Assembly: GCF_006345805.1 (NCBI RefSeq)
Contig: NC_042998.1
Coordinates: 101,804,001-101,868,000 of the forward strand
From: Octopus sinensis
Lineage: Eukaryota
Length of the DNA: 64,000 nucleotides
Direction of reading: 5' to 3'
Shown here: positions 51,621 to 62,269 of the stretch, in pieces
Layout: the number at the start of each line of letters is the position of its first letter
How positions within the stretch are numbered: the stretch's first letter is position 1
Made by a program: the position numbers and the translations under genes
Notes under the pieces: model-generated
What the model saw: only the letters and a program-made list of their open reading frames with translations
The model's database searches: none
What the model was told of the DNA's origin: nothing

Positions 51621-51671
51621 TTTGTCAAAATATTTTCGTCGCTATAAGACCGCGACCTGTTCACTGACAAA
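51621..51671 (-). ncRNA. Minimal type I hammerhead-like motif with G3-C8 core swap
   Basis: Minus strand: TTTGTCA-GTGAACA-G-GTCGC-ggtcttata-GCGAC-GAA-AATATT-T-TGACAAA. 7-bp stem I, 5-bp stem II, palindromic stem III. Lies in a ~225-bp unit (51490-51712) between (TA)n tracts. Confidence 0.55.
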
Positions 51672-51769
51672 AATGCGTTAAATTTCCTTTCATTTGAGCA
51701 TTCTGCATTTTTAAAAAAAATTTTCCTTACTTATATATATATATATATATGTATATACGTATGCATGTA

Positions 51770-51821
<52 letters not shown>

Positions 51822-53134
51822 TACATGCATACGTATATATGCATGTGAGCATATGCGTGTCTACATGTATATGCACACACTCAATTATTCTCTCACTCAC
51901 ACGCACACACACACATGGTTTTTGTGTTGCTTGCAAATAAAACAGGCTACATACTATAGAAAATTGATATGTTTTAGGCTGCCATGAATGTACACCCCTT
52001 TTATTGTAAAGGACATCTCACACTCGAGTGAAACAAACATACCCAAAATAATTTTATAAATTCGAAGTGGATGTATAGATATTCCGCTGGACAAAGATTA
52101 ATACTTGTGATAAAGGGGGAAGGAACCCATGTGAACAAGCAACCATGTACACCGACAGTTTGCACCTCATATTCCAAATGGCTTCCAGTTATTTATCTCG
52201 TTTGTGAAACGGGAAAGGATGTTGCTTCTGGAAATGTTCTATTTAATTCCATTTCACTTTACTTGATATCGATATGCTAGTATAGGTAGTTGCTGTCTCG
52301 CCCTTCTCAATTTAAAACTTGGGATCTTATCTCTCAGATTTTATCAATTCTTTCGTACATATTGTTCTCCAAACAATGATTACCAAAATAGTACTGTACA
52401 TAAATGTTTTCATTAGTACTGATAATTATTGGTTATCTCTCTTTGATTTTAGCATGATTCCATTCGTTTCAATCCATTTGATTATACTACTGTTGTTGAA
52501 GAAAACGCCGTTTTTACAATCTCCACGTTCAGCACAAATACAAAATATTTTTTTAAAAAGGGAAGCGAAATACTTGGAGTATCAAGAGTGTCTATAACAA
52601 TAAAATACTGCCAGTTCCGTAGTTCCATAACACGAAATATGTAGTATACATAGGTGTGGTTATAAATCTTCACTCGCTGATGGACTTCTGATGATATTCG
52701 GAAAGAAAGGGAAACAGAACGAGCAACTATCAAACAAGAAAAGTCCTTACCAGAATACTAGTTGGTTGCTTTCACTTTTCTTCTCTTCGACATCGTTGTC
52801 TTCGTCGTACACCTCCTCCTATTCTCCCCGTCACCCTCCCCTCTCCTTTCCCTATGCGTCATTATTATCATAATTCTCATCTATTTCGTACCTCTGAGGA
52901 AAAATCTGTGAAGTGTCACAATATATAGCGCAAATCTGTACTTTTCGAATTTCCTGTACAATTTCACGACATGTTTCTATTCAGTTTGTGTTTATATACA
53001 TTCACTCACAAGTTATAGGTGTATCCGAAACTATAAAAATTGCCATTTGTATTAAGATACCACGTAGACTGACGGTTCATGATCACCAGCGAAAGTTTTA
53101 ATGATTTTGAGTTTCTCTCTTTATCTCTGTCTCT

Positions 53135-53208
<74 letters not shown>

Positions 53209-53296
53209 TGGCATCCTTTCTGTCTCGGGAGACAATGGAGTTGCGCGTTTTTTTTTTTTTTTTTTTTTTCCCTAGGTCTAGTCCGGCTGTTATATT

Positions 53297-54484
53297 TTAT
53301 TTCCCGTTACATTTCTTGCTGTGGCTGTGTAGTCCTATCCTGGACAAACACTCCCTCTGGCAGGTACTGCAAATGTAGCGAAGACTGTTCTTGGCTGATT
53401 GTAGTGCCATGGTCTCTTGTTTATGTCTCTTCCTTTCTTTCCATTTCTCCTCTCTCTTTTTGTCACTCCTCTGTATACCCTCTTTTACTGTACGTCGCCA
53501 TTCTCCACGGTTGCCGGCGACTGCCTCCCAACCGCTAATGTTGATGTTGCAGGCCTTCATATCCCTTTTGCAAACATCCTTGTAACGTAAGATCGGTCTA
53601 CCCACAGACCTAGTACCCCTAGCAAGCTCTCCGTAGAGTATGTCCTTGGGGATTCTGCCATCTTTCATACGGCTAACATGCCCAAGCCATCTCATACGTC
53701 TTTGTGTGAGGAGTGCAAACATGCTTGGTATTCCTGCTTGCCTGAGGACATCTTTGTTGGGGATATGATTCTGCCATTTGATGTGGAGGATTTTTCGGAG
53801 GCAGCGCAGGTGAAAGATGTTTAGGCGACGCTCTTGGCGTGTGTATAGCGTCCAGGTCTCGCTTCCATACAGTAGAGTGCTGAGTACACATGCCTGGTAG
53901 ATCTTCATTTTTGTGGTCTTGGTCAGCTTATTGTTGTCCCAAGCCCGTTTGGAGAGTTGGGCCATCGCAGCAGCTGCCTTGCCAATGCGTATATTGAGCT
54001 CAGCGTCAAGGGATAGGTTGTAGGTGACGGTAGAGCCCAGATAGGTAAACTTCTCCACCTCTTGTAATCTGTGGTCTCCAATATGTATGTTTGGGATGTC
54101 CGATGTAGCCTGGCCCATGATGTTGGTCTTCGTAAGGCTGATAGCTAAGCCAAAGTCGTTACATGCTTGCTCAAAACAGTTAATGAGCCTTTGGAGGGCT
54201 TCTTCTGTGTGTGTTACCAGAGCGGCATCATCAGCAAATAACATCTCCTTGATCAGGACGTTTCTGATTTTGGTCTTGGCACGCAGGCGCGAGAGATTGA
54301 ACAGTTTCCCGTCACTTCTACTGTGCAGAAACACTCCATCATCTGATGTCTGAAAGGCATGTGACAGCAAGAGTGAGAAGAAGATGCCAAACAATGTAGG
54401 AGCGAGGACACAGCCTTGCTTTACCCCGTTTTTTATTTGGAAGGCGGCTGATGTTGAACCGTTGTGCTGTATGGTGCCTTGCAT
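53297..54484 (-). CDS. RTE ORF C-terminal part: RT core plus C-terminal domain (separated from the upstream ORF by a 1-nt frameshift)
   Basis: GVKQGCVLAPTLF, LFADDAAL, YLGS, LLYGSETW, RWLGHVSRM, GRP..RYKD, CSTCQRECLSRIGLHSH. Confidence 0.93.
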   Translation of the reverse strand: MQGTIQHNGSTSAAFQIKNGVKQGCVLAPTLFGIFFSLLLSHAFQTSDDGVFLHSRSDGKLFNLSRLRAKTKIRNVLIKEMLFADDAALVTHTEEALQRLINCFEQACNDFGLAISLTKTNIMGQATSDIPNIHIGDHRLQEVEKFTYLGSTVTYNLSLDAELNIRIGKAAAAMAQLSKRAWDNNKLTKTTKMKIYQACVLSTLLYGSETWTLYTRQERRLNIFHLRCLRKILHIKWQNHIPNKDVLRQAGIPSMFALLTQRRMRWLGHVSRMKDGRIPKDILYGELARGTRSVGRPILRYKDVCKRDMKACNINISGWEAVAGNRGEWRRTVKEGIQRSDKKREEKWKERKRHKQETMALQSAKNSLRYICSTCQRECLSRIGLHSHSKKCNGK

Positions 54485-54510
54485 GTCATCATGGAAAGAC
54501 TTGATGATCC

Positions 54511-56286
54511 TCAGCAGCTTTGGTGGACATCCGATTTTTGGAGCAGGAGGAAGAGGCCTGTTCTGCTTACCGAGTCAAAAGCCTTTGTTAGATCAATGAA
54601 GGCCATATATAATGGCATTTTCTGCTCTCTGGACTTCTCCTGAAGTTGGCGTATGGAGAATATCATATCGATAGTTGATCTGCTTCTTCTAAAGCCACAC
54701 TGCGATTCCGGATAGATTCGAGAAGCAAGTAGTTGTAGCCTGGCCAGGATAACGCGGGCAAAGGTCTTTCCAACTGGCGGACTGTCAAGTTCGCACGTGA
54801 CTGGCAAGATCTTGACACTCTCGACTGCAGCCTCAGCCACTGTGGTCTCCCGTGAGTAGGGATCCTGGTAGTGCTCCACCCATCTATCCATTTGCTTGCC
54901 TTGATCCCTGATGAGATCTCCAGTAGTTGATTTCAGAGGGGCTGACTTGGTTGCGGATGGACCGAGGGCCTTCTTCAAACCAGCATACATCCCACGGGTG
55001 TCGCCCCTGTCAGCAGCTGACTGGATACTCTGACAGATTTCCTGCCAATACCTATTTGCACAGCATCTGGCTGTCAGTTGGGTTTTATTTCGTGCCTTTC
55101 TGAGTTCTTCGAGTGACTTTGTAGAAGAGTCACTCTTGTATTGCACCAGAGCTGCACGCTTTGCTTCGATAACTGGCTCCAGCTCTGAGAGCCCAGCATT
55201 GAACCAATCTGGGTTTTGCCTTTCTCTCATGCCGAAAGTATCCAATGATGTCGTATACAAGGCTTCCCTGATATAGTCCCACCTACTTTCAGCAGAGGAG
55301 GTTGGGCAGCTACTGAGGGCAACCTTGATAGAAGCAGCAAAACATTTTCGCAGTGTAGGGTCCGAGGTTCTGGCGGTGTTGATGCGTGGTCGGCCCACTT
55401 TCTTGGAGCGATGGACTTTTTTAGGGAGAATCCTCACCCTGCTTCTAATTAGTGAGTGGTCTGTGTCACAATCCGCACTGTGGTAACTGCGGGTCAATAG
55501 AGTGGAACTCAGAAAGGATCTCCGTGTAATGATGAGATCCAGCTGATGCCAGTGGTGAGATCTTGGATGTCTCCAGGATGCCTTGTGGGATGGCTTGCTG
55601 GTGAAGAATGTGTTTGTGATGCACAGGTTGTGGTATGTGCAGAATTCGAGTAGTCTCTGACCATTGTCATTCATGTTGCCAATACCAAAGTGTCCAATAC
55701 AAATGGGCCACGAATCATGGTCAGATCCCACGCGAGCGTTAAAATCCCCTAGAAGGTAGATATTTTCAGTCGTTGGTATATTTTCTAGGACACAGTTGAG
55801 ATCTTTGTAGAACTGGTCCTTGGTCTCCTCTGAGCTGTAGAGAGTGGGAGCATAGATGCTGAGTAGATGTACTGAGCCAGAAGAAGTCGAGAGGCGCAGT
55901 GAGAGGATACGCTCAGTGCCTCCCGATGGTGGTTCTATTGAGGAGAGTAGTGAGTTTCTCACTGCAAAGCCAACGCCATGTTGACGAGGTTCTTCTGGAT
56001 CTCTTCCCTGCCAAAAGAAGGTGAAGTCCTGCTCTTTGAGTCTGCCGTTTGAGGGAAGTCTTGTCTCCTGCAGCCCAGCAATATCTATGTTGAGCCTCTT
56101 TAGTTCACGGTCAATGATGGCCGTTTTCCTTGTGTTTTCAATACTGAGAAGATCGTCAGATATTCCAGGACACATGGTCCTGACATTCCAGCTTGCCAAC
56201 TGCAGAACTGGTGTTTTCTTGAATTTTAGTTGCTTTCCTGGTGCAGAGGTTGCAGGCCACTTTTCGAGTCGTACTCTTAGCTCCAA
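54511..56286 (-). CDS. RTE ORF N-terminal part: apurinic endonuclease plus start of RT (TTG/non-AUG start; internal in-frame deletion)
   Basis: LASWNVRT, GLQETR, GVGFAV, IYAPT, LLGDFNARVG, SDHSL-like CDTDHSLI, PESQCGFR..RSTIDMIF, FIDLTKAFDSV. Confidence 0.93.
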   Translation of the reverse strand: MELRVRLEKWPATSAPGKQLKFKKTPVLQLASWNVRTMCPGISDDLLSIENTRKTAIIDRELKRLNIDIAGLQETRLPSNGRLKEQDFTFFWQGRDPEEPRQHGVGFAVRNSLLSSIEPPSGGTERILSLRLSTSSGSVHLLSIYAPTLYSSEETKDQFYKDLNCVLENIPTTENIYLLGDFNARVGSDHDSWPICIGHFGIGNMNDNGQRLLEFCTYHNLCITNTFFTSKPSHKASWRHPRSHHWHQLDLIITRRSFLSSTLLTRSYHSADCDTDHSLIRSRVRILPKKVHRSKKVGRPRINTARTSDPTLRKCFAASIKVALSSCPTSSAESRWDYIREALYTTSLDTFGMRERQNPDWFNAGLSELEPVIEAKRAALVQYKSDSSTKSLEELRKARNKTQLTARCCANRYWQEICQSIQSAADRGDTRGMYAGLKKALGPSATKSAPLKSTTGDLIRDQGKQMDRWVEHYQDPYSRETTVAEAAVESVKILPVTCELDSPPVGKTFARVILARLQLLASRIYPESQCGFRRSRSTIDMIFSIRQLQEKSREQKMPLYMAFIDLTKAFDSVSRTGLFLLLQKSDVHQSC

Positions 56287-56980
56287 GCACCCAATGGAAC
56301 AGGCGGCTTGTGGCGGGTCAGCACCTTAGTAACTGGGGGCTGCCCAGCTTGAGGTTGGCAGTAGCTAACCAATAGGACACGGAAGTCCCTCCCACCGGCA
56401 GAGGTAACCCGTAGCGTCCATATTTTACGCCAATCTGAATGGACTTATCACTCGTAACTGTTACATCCCGTGTTGTTTCTGCAGCTTTTTACAGCAGCAC
56501 TGAAGTGTCCTCTCCAGTTTTGCGCAGGCCTGGGCTATAGATAAGAAAGTCCTGGGTAGCCCAATCGTCAGGTTTCCTCTCTCGACCTTGCTGATGTAGT
56601 CCAGTGGAGTGCAGTGCATTACGTTTGGCACCAGCTTGGTTGCAGGAGCTGCCGGAAGAGTGTCGAATCGAACACTAGACCGCCTTCGGGGCTCCACTCC
56701 GGATTTCATTGAAGGTTGTCTCCTTTCCGTAACCCTGGATAGGGGCCCATACCGGGTACTGTCAGCCGGAGCCAGCTGAGCCCGGAACTCGTGTCAGGCA
56801 GGGTCGTCACTCCCTGAAGTAGTGAAGAAGTTCGCTACCCACTACCTTTTCAAGTAATGTTAAATTATTATTACGGTTTTTTCTTTTTTTTTTTATATAT
56901 ATGTATACATATATATATATATACATACATATATATGTATATATATATATTATATATATATATGCATACATATATATACA

Positions 56981-57072
<92 letters not shown>

Positions 57073-57270
57073 TATGTGTGTATATATATTAGATAATAAT
57101 AAAATTTTTCATTTATGTCGAGCTATAATAAACGCAATTCCATATTCAACTGAAGCCCTATTCAATACTTTTAGTAGAATACTTAGTTATTAACCTTAAA
57201 CGTGTGGAAGTTGAATTCATTAAACTTTGATGTCAGGGTCAACTCTATTAATTTAAAATAATAATCTATA

Positions 57271-57885
57271 CGAGACGGTGTCAAAAATTTCCCGGACTCG
57301 TTCTGTAGCGCGCCAAAATTTTCAGAACACAGTTGCGTGCGCAATGAGAACTAGTTCTGATATTCATGAGGCAGTGTGCTGAGTGACATCGCTGTGTTTA
57401 CTTGGACTTTGTGAAATTTGTGTTTTTGTGATCACGTGTATGCTGTAGTGTGTAATTTTGTCATGGATAGGAACAAAGAGCCAACATGAAAACTTGCTTT
57501 AAACTTGGGCAGTCTCCCGTAGAGACATTAAGCATGTTTCGGCAACTTTACAACGACGAGACAAAGGGTCGTACGCATATGTTTCGAGTGGCACGGACGT
57601 CTTAAAAGCAGAAGAACCTCCCTAGAAGACGATGAACGATCTGGAAAACCAGGAACGTGCGTCTTTCCTGGAAATGTGGTATAGTACAAATGGAATTCAT
57701 CTTCCAGGGCCAGACCGTCAATCAAGTGTTTTACTATGTTGTTTCCTAGCGTTTGGGGGAGGCTATTCGGCGTGAGTTTCTCTCCAAAAATAACATGGTA
57801 TCATTTCCACACCCACTCTAATTACCAGCTTTAGCACTTGCAGACTTACATCTCTCCCTCAAAAGGAAAATGCAGCTCCAATATT
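57271..57885 (+). mobile_element. Mariner transposon relic (left end, HTH N-terminus, internally deleted)
   Basis: TA|CGAGAC start. CFKLGQSPVETLSMFRQLYNDE..FEWHGRLKSRRTSLEDDERSGKP, and a decayed HPPYSPDLAPxDF motif near 57810-57850. Confidence 0.8.
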
Positions 57886-59981
57886 GCTGTTTTTAACACC
57901 ATTGTCGAGATCCAGAGCGGATCGCAGAAGGTTCCCGACTCGCTTTCGTTCCATTCGACTTAATCTCTCGTTTTGTTGGAATGACAAGGCACCTGCGGTT
58001 GAATCAGTCCGAAATCTAGAGTCCCCCTTTTCTCAACAAAATGTCAATGGAGCTAATCGCATGAAACAACATACATCCAAACAATAAGTTGCGTTTTTCA
58101 AATACGTCTAAAATGATGTTTTGCATTCTCAAATTCTGTTCCCGATCGCAAACATAAACATAAAAATCACTCACGATACTAAACGATATAATCACTCACG
58201 ATACTAAGCGATATAATCGCTCAGTATAAGTATAATTAAGCCAGACGGGGTAAGCAAATCACATGGGTGTGAGGTTCAAGAACTTATGGATAATATACTT
58301 GACATGGCACCAGCCATTTCAACCACCGCGTAGTCAAAGTAATCTACGTGTCAATATTTAATTTTGTATGACATTGAGATAGAATGAACAAAGTACGACG
58401 TATGCTGCCACAGCCGTTTTCGCTGTAGCTGTTTGAGCTGATGATTCGACGCTTATTTATCTTTTTATCAGACATTTTAATGTTTCTATTGTTCTCTCTC
58501 TCCGCCTCTCTTAGTTTTTGTGTGAGTATATTTCTTTTTATGTGCATGAAGTGAGGGAAAGTGTTTATGTCAGTCATGTTCCATAAATAAACTGCAATGA
58601 CTTTCTACTCCGCTCTCTCTCTCTCTCTATCTATCTATATATTTATCTATCAATGGCTATCTTTGAGTATTGATTTATGTACGAGTGCGCGTGCATTTGC
58701 CTGCACTAAGTACTCTCACCAAAACAATTGTAATATTCACTCGCCGTAATAAATTGCAGTCAACCAGACATCTACGCCCAGTTGTCTCATTCGAGAATAA
58801 AAATATGCCTGTTCAAGTGAAAATCATATTTTGCTTAACTTCCATCAATTTGTATAAACTTTTGCATGGATGCATGTGCATGAGCAAATGATAGAATTGA
58901 TTTTATTGGTCCGAAATTTGTTCATATTATGGTTATACAAATGACCTTACTTTAGCTCACAATTTCTTATGTAAACTAGATTTCGATATTTCATTTGACT
59001 TTAACATTTCTAAATTCTATGTAGAGAGGAGAACGGGTGTTTTCTGTTGTCAGATTTCCATTGATTTTATTCCAAATTTGGTGGCCGATTCAGTTTTATA
59101 GGCTAATTCTGAAAATGAAATTCCTTTTCGCCATAAATTAATAAATGAATTTTAGTAGTTGTTGAAATCTACAAATTTTGGGTAATTTTAGTAAATCCAC
59201 AGACACAAAGGTGTTGGTTTGCATCGTAACATGCGAAGCTTTAGTCTATTGCACGAAACAAAATCACTACCACATGCATTTTCTTTTAGCCTTTGTATTT
59301 TCTTCGACAGTGAGTCAAACCCTAGCCCTTTCTCAAAAACTAACACCTAACCCAAAAATTTAACCCTATCGTAATCCCTAATCCAGAGCGCTAACCCGAA
59401 TCCTAATGTACAGTTTGGTTTCTTTACTGTAATTTGTCCTTCATAAATTATGTAAATGCCTGTTCTAACGTTTCACATGACCGTATTCATTAAAACTTAT
59501 TAAAACTCCGTCGTCGCAATGGTTTTGTTCTCATTTTATAACAGGCAGCTATCACACAGAAAATGCCAGCTTCCAAATTTTGCTTACTAAAATGGGTATC
59601 ATTTTTTCTAAATATTTTCCTGAACAAATGAATCACAAAATCGTACTCAGCCTGAGAAAATTACGTCAATATACCATATCTGGAAATTTTCATTGAATTT
59701 TATAATTTTTATTGCTGTGACAGCAATAAAAAGACCCAGGATATGCAGTGGTTTTGACTGGAGATATGAATGTGTTATTCAGTTTTTGGTCCCCGTATTG
59801 TGTACATTAAATACTAATTTATTGTCTGTCAAAGTCGTGTAGAATAATGCAGTCAATGATAAGTCGTGTAGACTATACCGAGAGCGCCATATATATTTAA
59901 TACCCACTATTGTAGCTATTCCATTTCTCATTCTGCTACGCAATTATCGTATTGAAAAAACACAGTCCACACTGTTATGCA

Positions 59982-60315
59982 GTAACATAGAATAATTCAG
60001 ATATACAATGCTGACCGAACTCGAACGAATAATTCATCATGTAGACTGCTCATGTTTGCGCTGGAGTGTACTGTAAGAATGACGCATATTGCAGATCATT
60101 CATACTTATAAACACGGATGCTTTCATATACAAGCGCACACAAACAACAAACCCACACAAACACACGCTATATAGTGACATGGAAGTAATAGCACTGACA
60201 AAGAAACATGCTCAATATATATATATATAATATATTTGTTTATTTGATTTGTTACATATAATCTATGACACAAGCCACACTACTCATGTCTATATATATG
60301 CCTATGTATGCGTGT

Positions 60316-60359
<44 letters not shown>

Positions 60360-60517
60360 AATAAATGAAAAGAAAAACTTCTATGCCAATATGCTGAGAA
60401 ATAGACTTTAAATCGTCAATCACCACATACAACATACGTCACTATGAATACACGTTCTGCTGAAATCGAAGAAAGCAAGCTAACAGAATATATTTAAAAT
60501 GAGTTATCACTATATTG

Positions 60518-60581
<64 letters not shown>

Positions 60582-60709
60582 AAATATATATATGTATGTA
60601 TGTATGTATATATTACAGTACACTCCGGCGCAAACGTGAACATTCTACATGATGAATAATTCCTTCGAGCTTGGTCAGCATTATGTATCTCAATTTTATC
60701 CTATGTTAC
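59982..60709. repeat. ~95-bp imperfect inverted repeats (59982-60076 / 60613-60709) with TA|CAGT ends facing inward
   Basis: ..aatgctgaccgaactcgaacgaataattcatcatgtagactgctcatgtttgcgctggagtgtactgtaa matches the reverse complement of 60613-60690. Confidence 0.75.
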
Positions 60710-61105
60710 AGGAGTGGCTGTGTAGTAAATAGCTTGCTTATCAACCACATGGTTCCCGGTACAGTCCCACTGCGTGGGACCTTCGGAAAGTATCCTCTAC
60801 TATAGCCTCGGGCCGACCGAAGCCGTATGAGTGGATTTGATAGACGGAAAATGAAAGACACCCGTCGTATATATGCATATAAATATATATGTATGTGTGT
60901 GTATATGTTTGTGTGTCTGTGCTTGTCCCTCCAACATCGCTTGACAAACGATGCTGGTGTGTTTCGTCCCCGTAACTTAGCCGTTTGGGAAAAGAGACCG
61001 ATAGAATATGTACTAGGCTTACAAAGAATAAGTTCTAGGGTCGATTTGCTCGATAAAGGCGGTGCTCCAGCATGGCCGCAGTCAAATGACTGAAACAAGT
61101 AAAAG
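60706..61105 (+). mobile_element. tRNA-derived SINE family B, full copy with internal (TG)n
   Basis: tRNA-like head GTGGCTGTGTAGTAA..GGTTCCCGGTACAGTCCC, a CORE-like GGACCTTCGGAAAGT segment, and 3' end CAAATGACTGAAACAAGTAAAAGA. Confidence 0.85.
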
Positions 61106-61139
61106 AGAGAAGGAGAGAAATATATATATGCATATAGAG

Positions 61140-61395
61140 AAGGCGCGTGGCTTAGTGGTTAGGGCATTCGGGTGACGATCGTAAGGTCGTGAGATTTATT
61201 CCCGGCAAGGCGTTGTGTCCTTGAGCAAGAGACTTTATGGCACCTTGCTCCAGTCCACTCAGCTGAAACTCCCTGAGAATTACGCTAGGGGTACACGTGT
61301 CTGTGCTCAAACGCTTGCACGCTAATTTCACGAGCAGGCTCTTCCGTTAACCGTATCAGCTGGGATACTCGTCGTCGTAACCGATAGCAGAGTTT
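61140..61395 (+). mobile_element. tRNA-derived SINE family C
   Basis: A-box TGGCTTAGTGG, decayed B-box, TGTGTCCTTGAGCAAG..CTCCAGTCCACTCAGCTG domain. Confidence 0.7.
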
Positions 61396-61399
61396 GAAC

Positions 61400-61835
61400 A
61401 CCTCCTGTACTTTAGCACCATCAGGGCATCTGATGTGGCTTTTGAAACCAGACAATGTTCCCAAAAGACACTTATATAGATTGCACCTCTGATTTGGACC
61501 ACGAAAAACTGAAGATAAGTTCTGCCCTAAAATGTCTTTTGAGTCCTCCTTTGGATTTGCAAACCTTCAAGCATACACTGCATTCAAAGGTGTGCACAGA
61601 CACATAGGTTGAATAGTTGGTGGGGGTTTGTTTTCCATGCGTTCGCAGATGAGATTTGAGGCCAGCCAAAGACAGGCATGGTCTGTCACAGACTGTGTAC
61701 ACAATAAGGTCATTATTATTCACGTCGATTGTTACAGTCTTCCTTAGATCTCATTTGAGTCTTAGTTGATTTATCCTGGCCTCTTCAAATGATTTCATTC
61801 CACTCCACACCTTTGTTCGCCATGCAACTCAATCT
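61400..61835 (-). mobile_element. RTE-like LINE 3' end with two C2H2-type fingers
   Basis: RVAWRTKVWSGMKSFEEARINQL..RK leading into VCDRPCLSLAGLKSHLRTH and CSVCLKVCKSKGGLKRH. Confidence 0.65.
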
Positions 61836-61844
61836 GGAGCAAGG

Positions 61845-61985
61845 GTTTCTATATCTACTGATAAATCGGGTATAGCTGATCATATGTGGAAAAATGGAGA
61901 CGATCTCCACCTGTCGGATGAAGTTAAAATAATATACAGAAAGGACCAATGGAAAATACGAAACCTGAAAGATGCCCTAAAATTA
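61845..61985 (+). mobile_element. Penelope-like GIY-YIG C-terminal fragment
   Basis: KSGIADHMWKNGDDLHLSDEVKIIYRKDQWKIRNLKDA resembles the PLE endonuclease C-terminus (SxIAxH..VKII.RE..R). Confidence 0.5.
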
Positions 61986-62000
61986 ACTCCATAACTGCTC

Positions 62001-62245
62001 ATGGGCATATGGCGTAGTGGTTAAGAGCGTGGGCTACTAACCCTAAGATTTCGAGTTCGATTCCAGGCAGTGACCTGAATAATAATATTAATAACAACAT
62101 CGAAAAATACCTTAGGAATGAGAAACCAGGTTCGAAATTTCGCCAATACATATGATGAAGGTTGGAGGGTATATCAGCCGAAACTTTGTGTTAACAACAC
62201 AGAAGATGAGGATAAATGTGCGTCACTTGTAAATAATGTATAACA
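62001..62245 (+). mobile_element. tRNA-headed non-coding element containing a decayed hammerhead motif
   Basis: A-box TGGCGTAGTGG, B-box GAGTTCGATTCC. HHR-like ACAT-ATGATGA-A-GGTTG-gagggtatat-CAGCC-GAAAC-TT-TGTGT at 62147-62192. Confidence 0.7.
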
Positions 62246-62269
62246 ATTTTAATTTCATTTCCTGTCTAT

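Larger units (their letters stand above)
53206..56812 (-). mobile_element. Near full-length RTE-clade LINE (~3.6 kb): GC-rich 5' UTR, APE-RT ORF, 3' UTR ending at (TA)n
   Basis: Two long ORFs (below). The 3' end reads ..ctccattgtctcccgagacagaaaggatgcc into (TA)n at 53138-53205. The 5' boundary is approximate. Confidence 0.95.

Noticed and set aside
61472-61723. Host C2H2 zinc-finger gene
   Set aside because: The fingers lack TGEKP linkers and follow an RTE-type C-terminal segment in frame, so they were assigned to a LINE 3' end.
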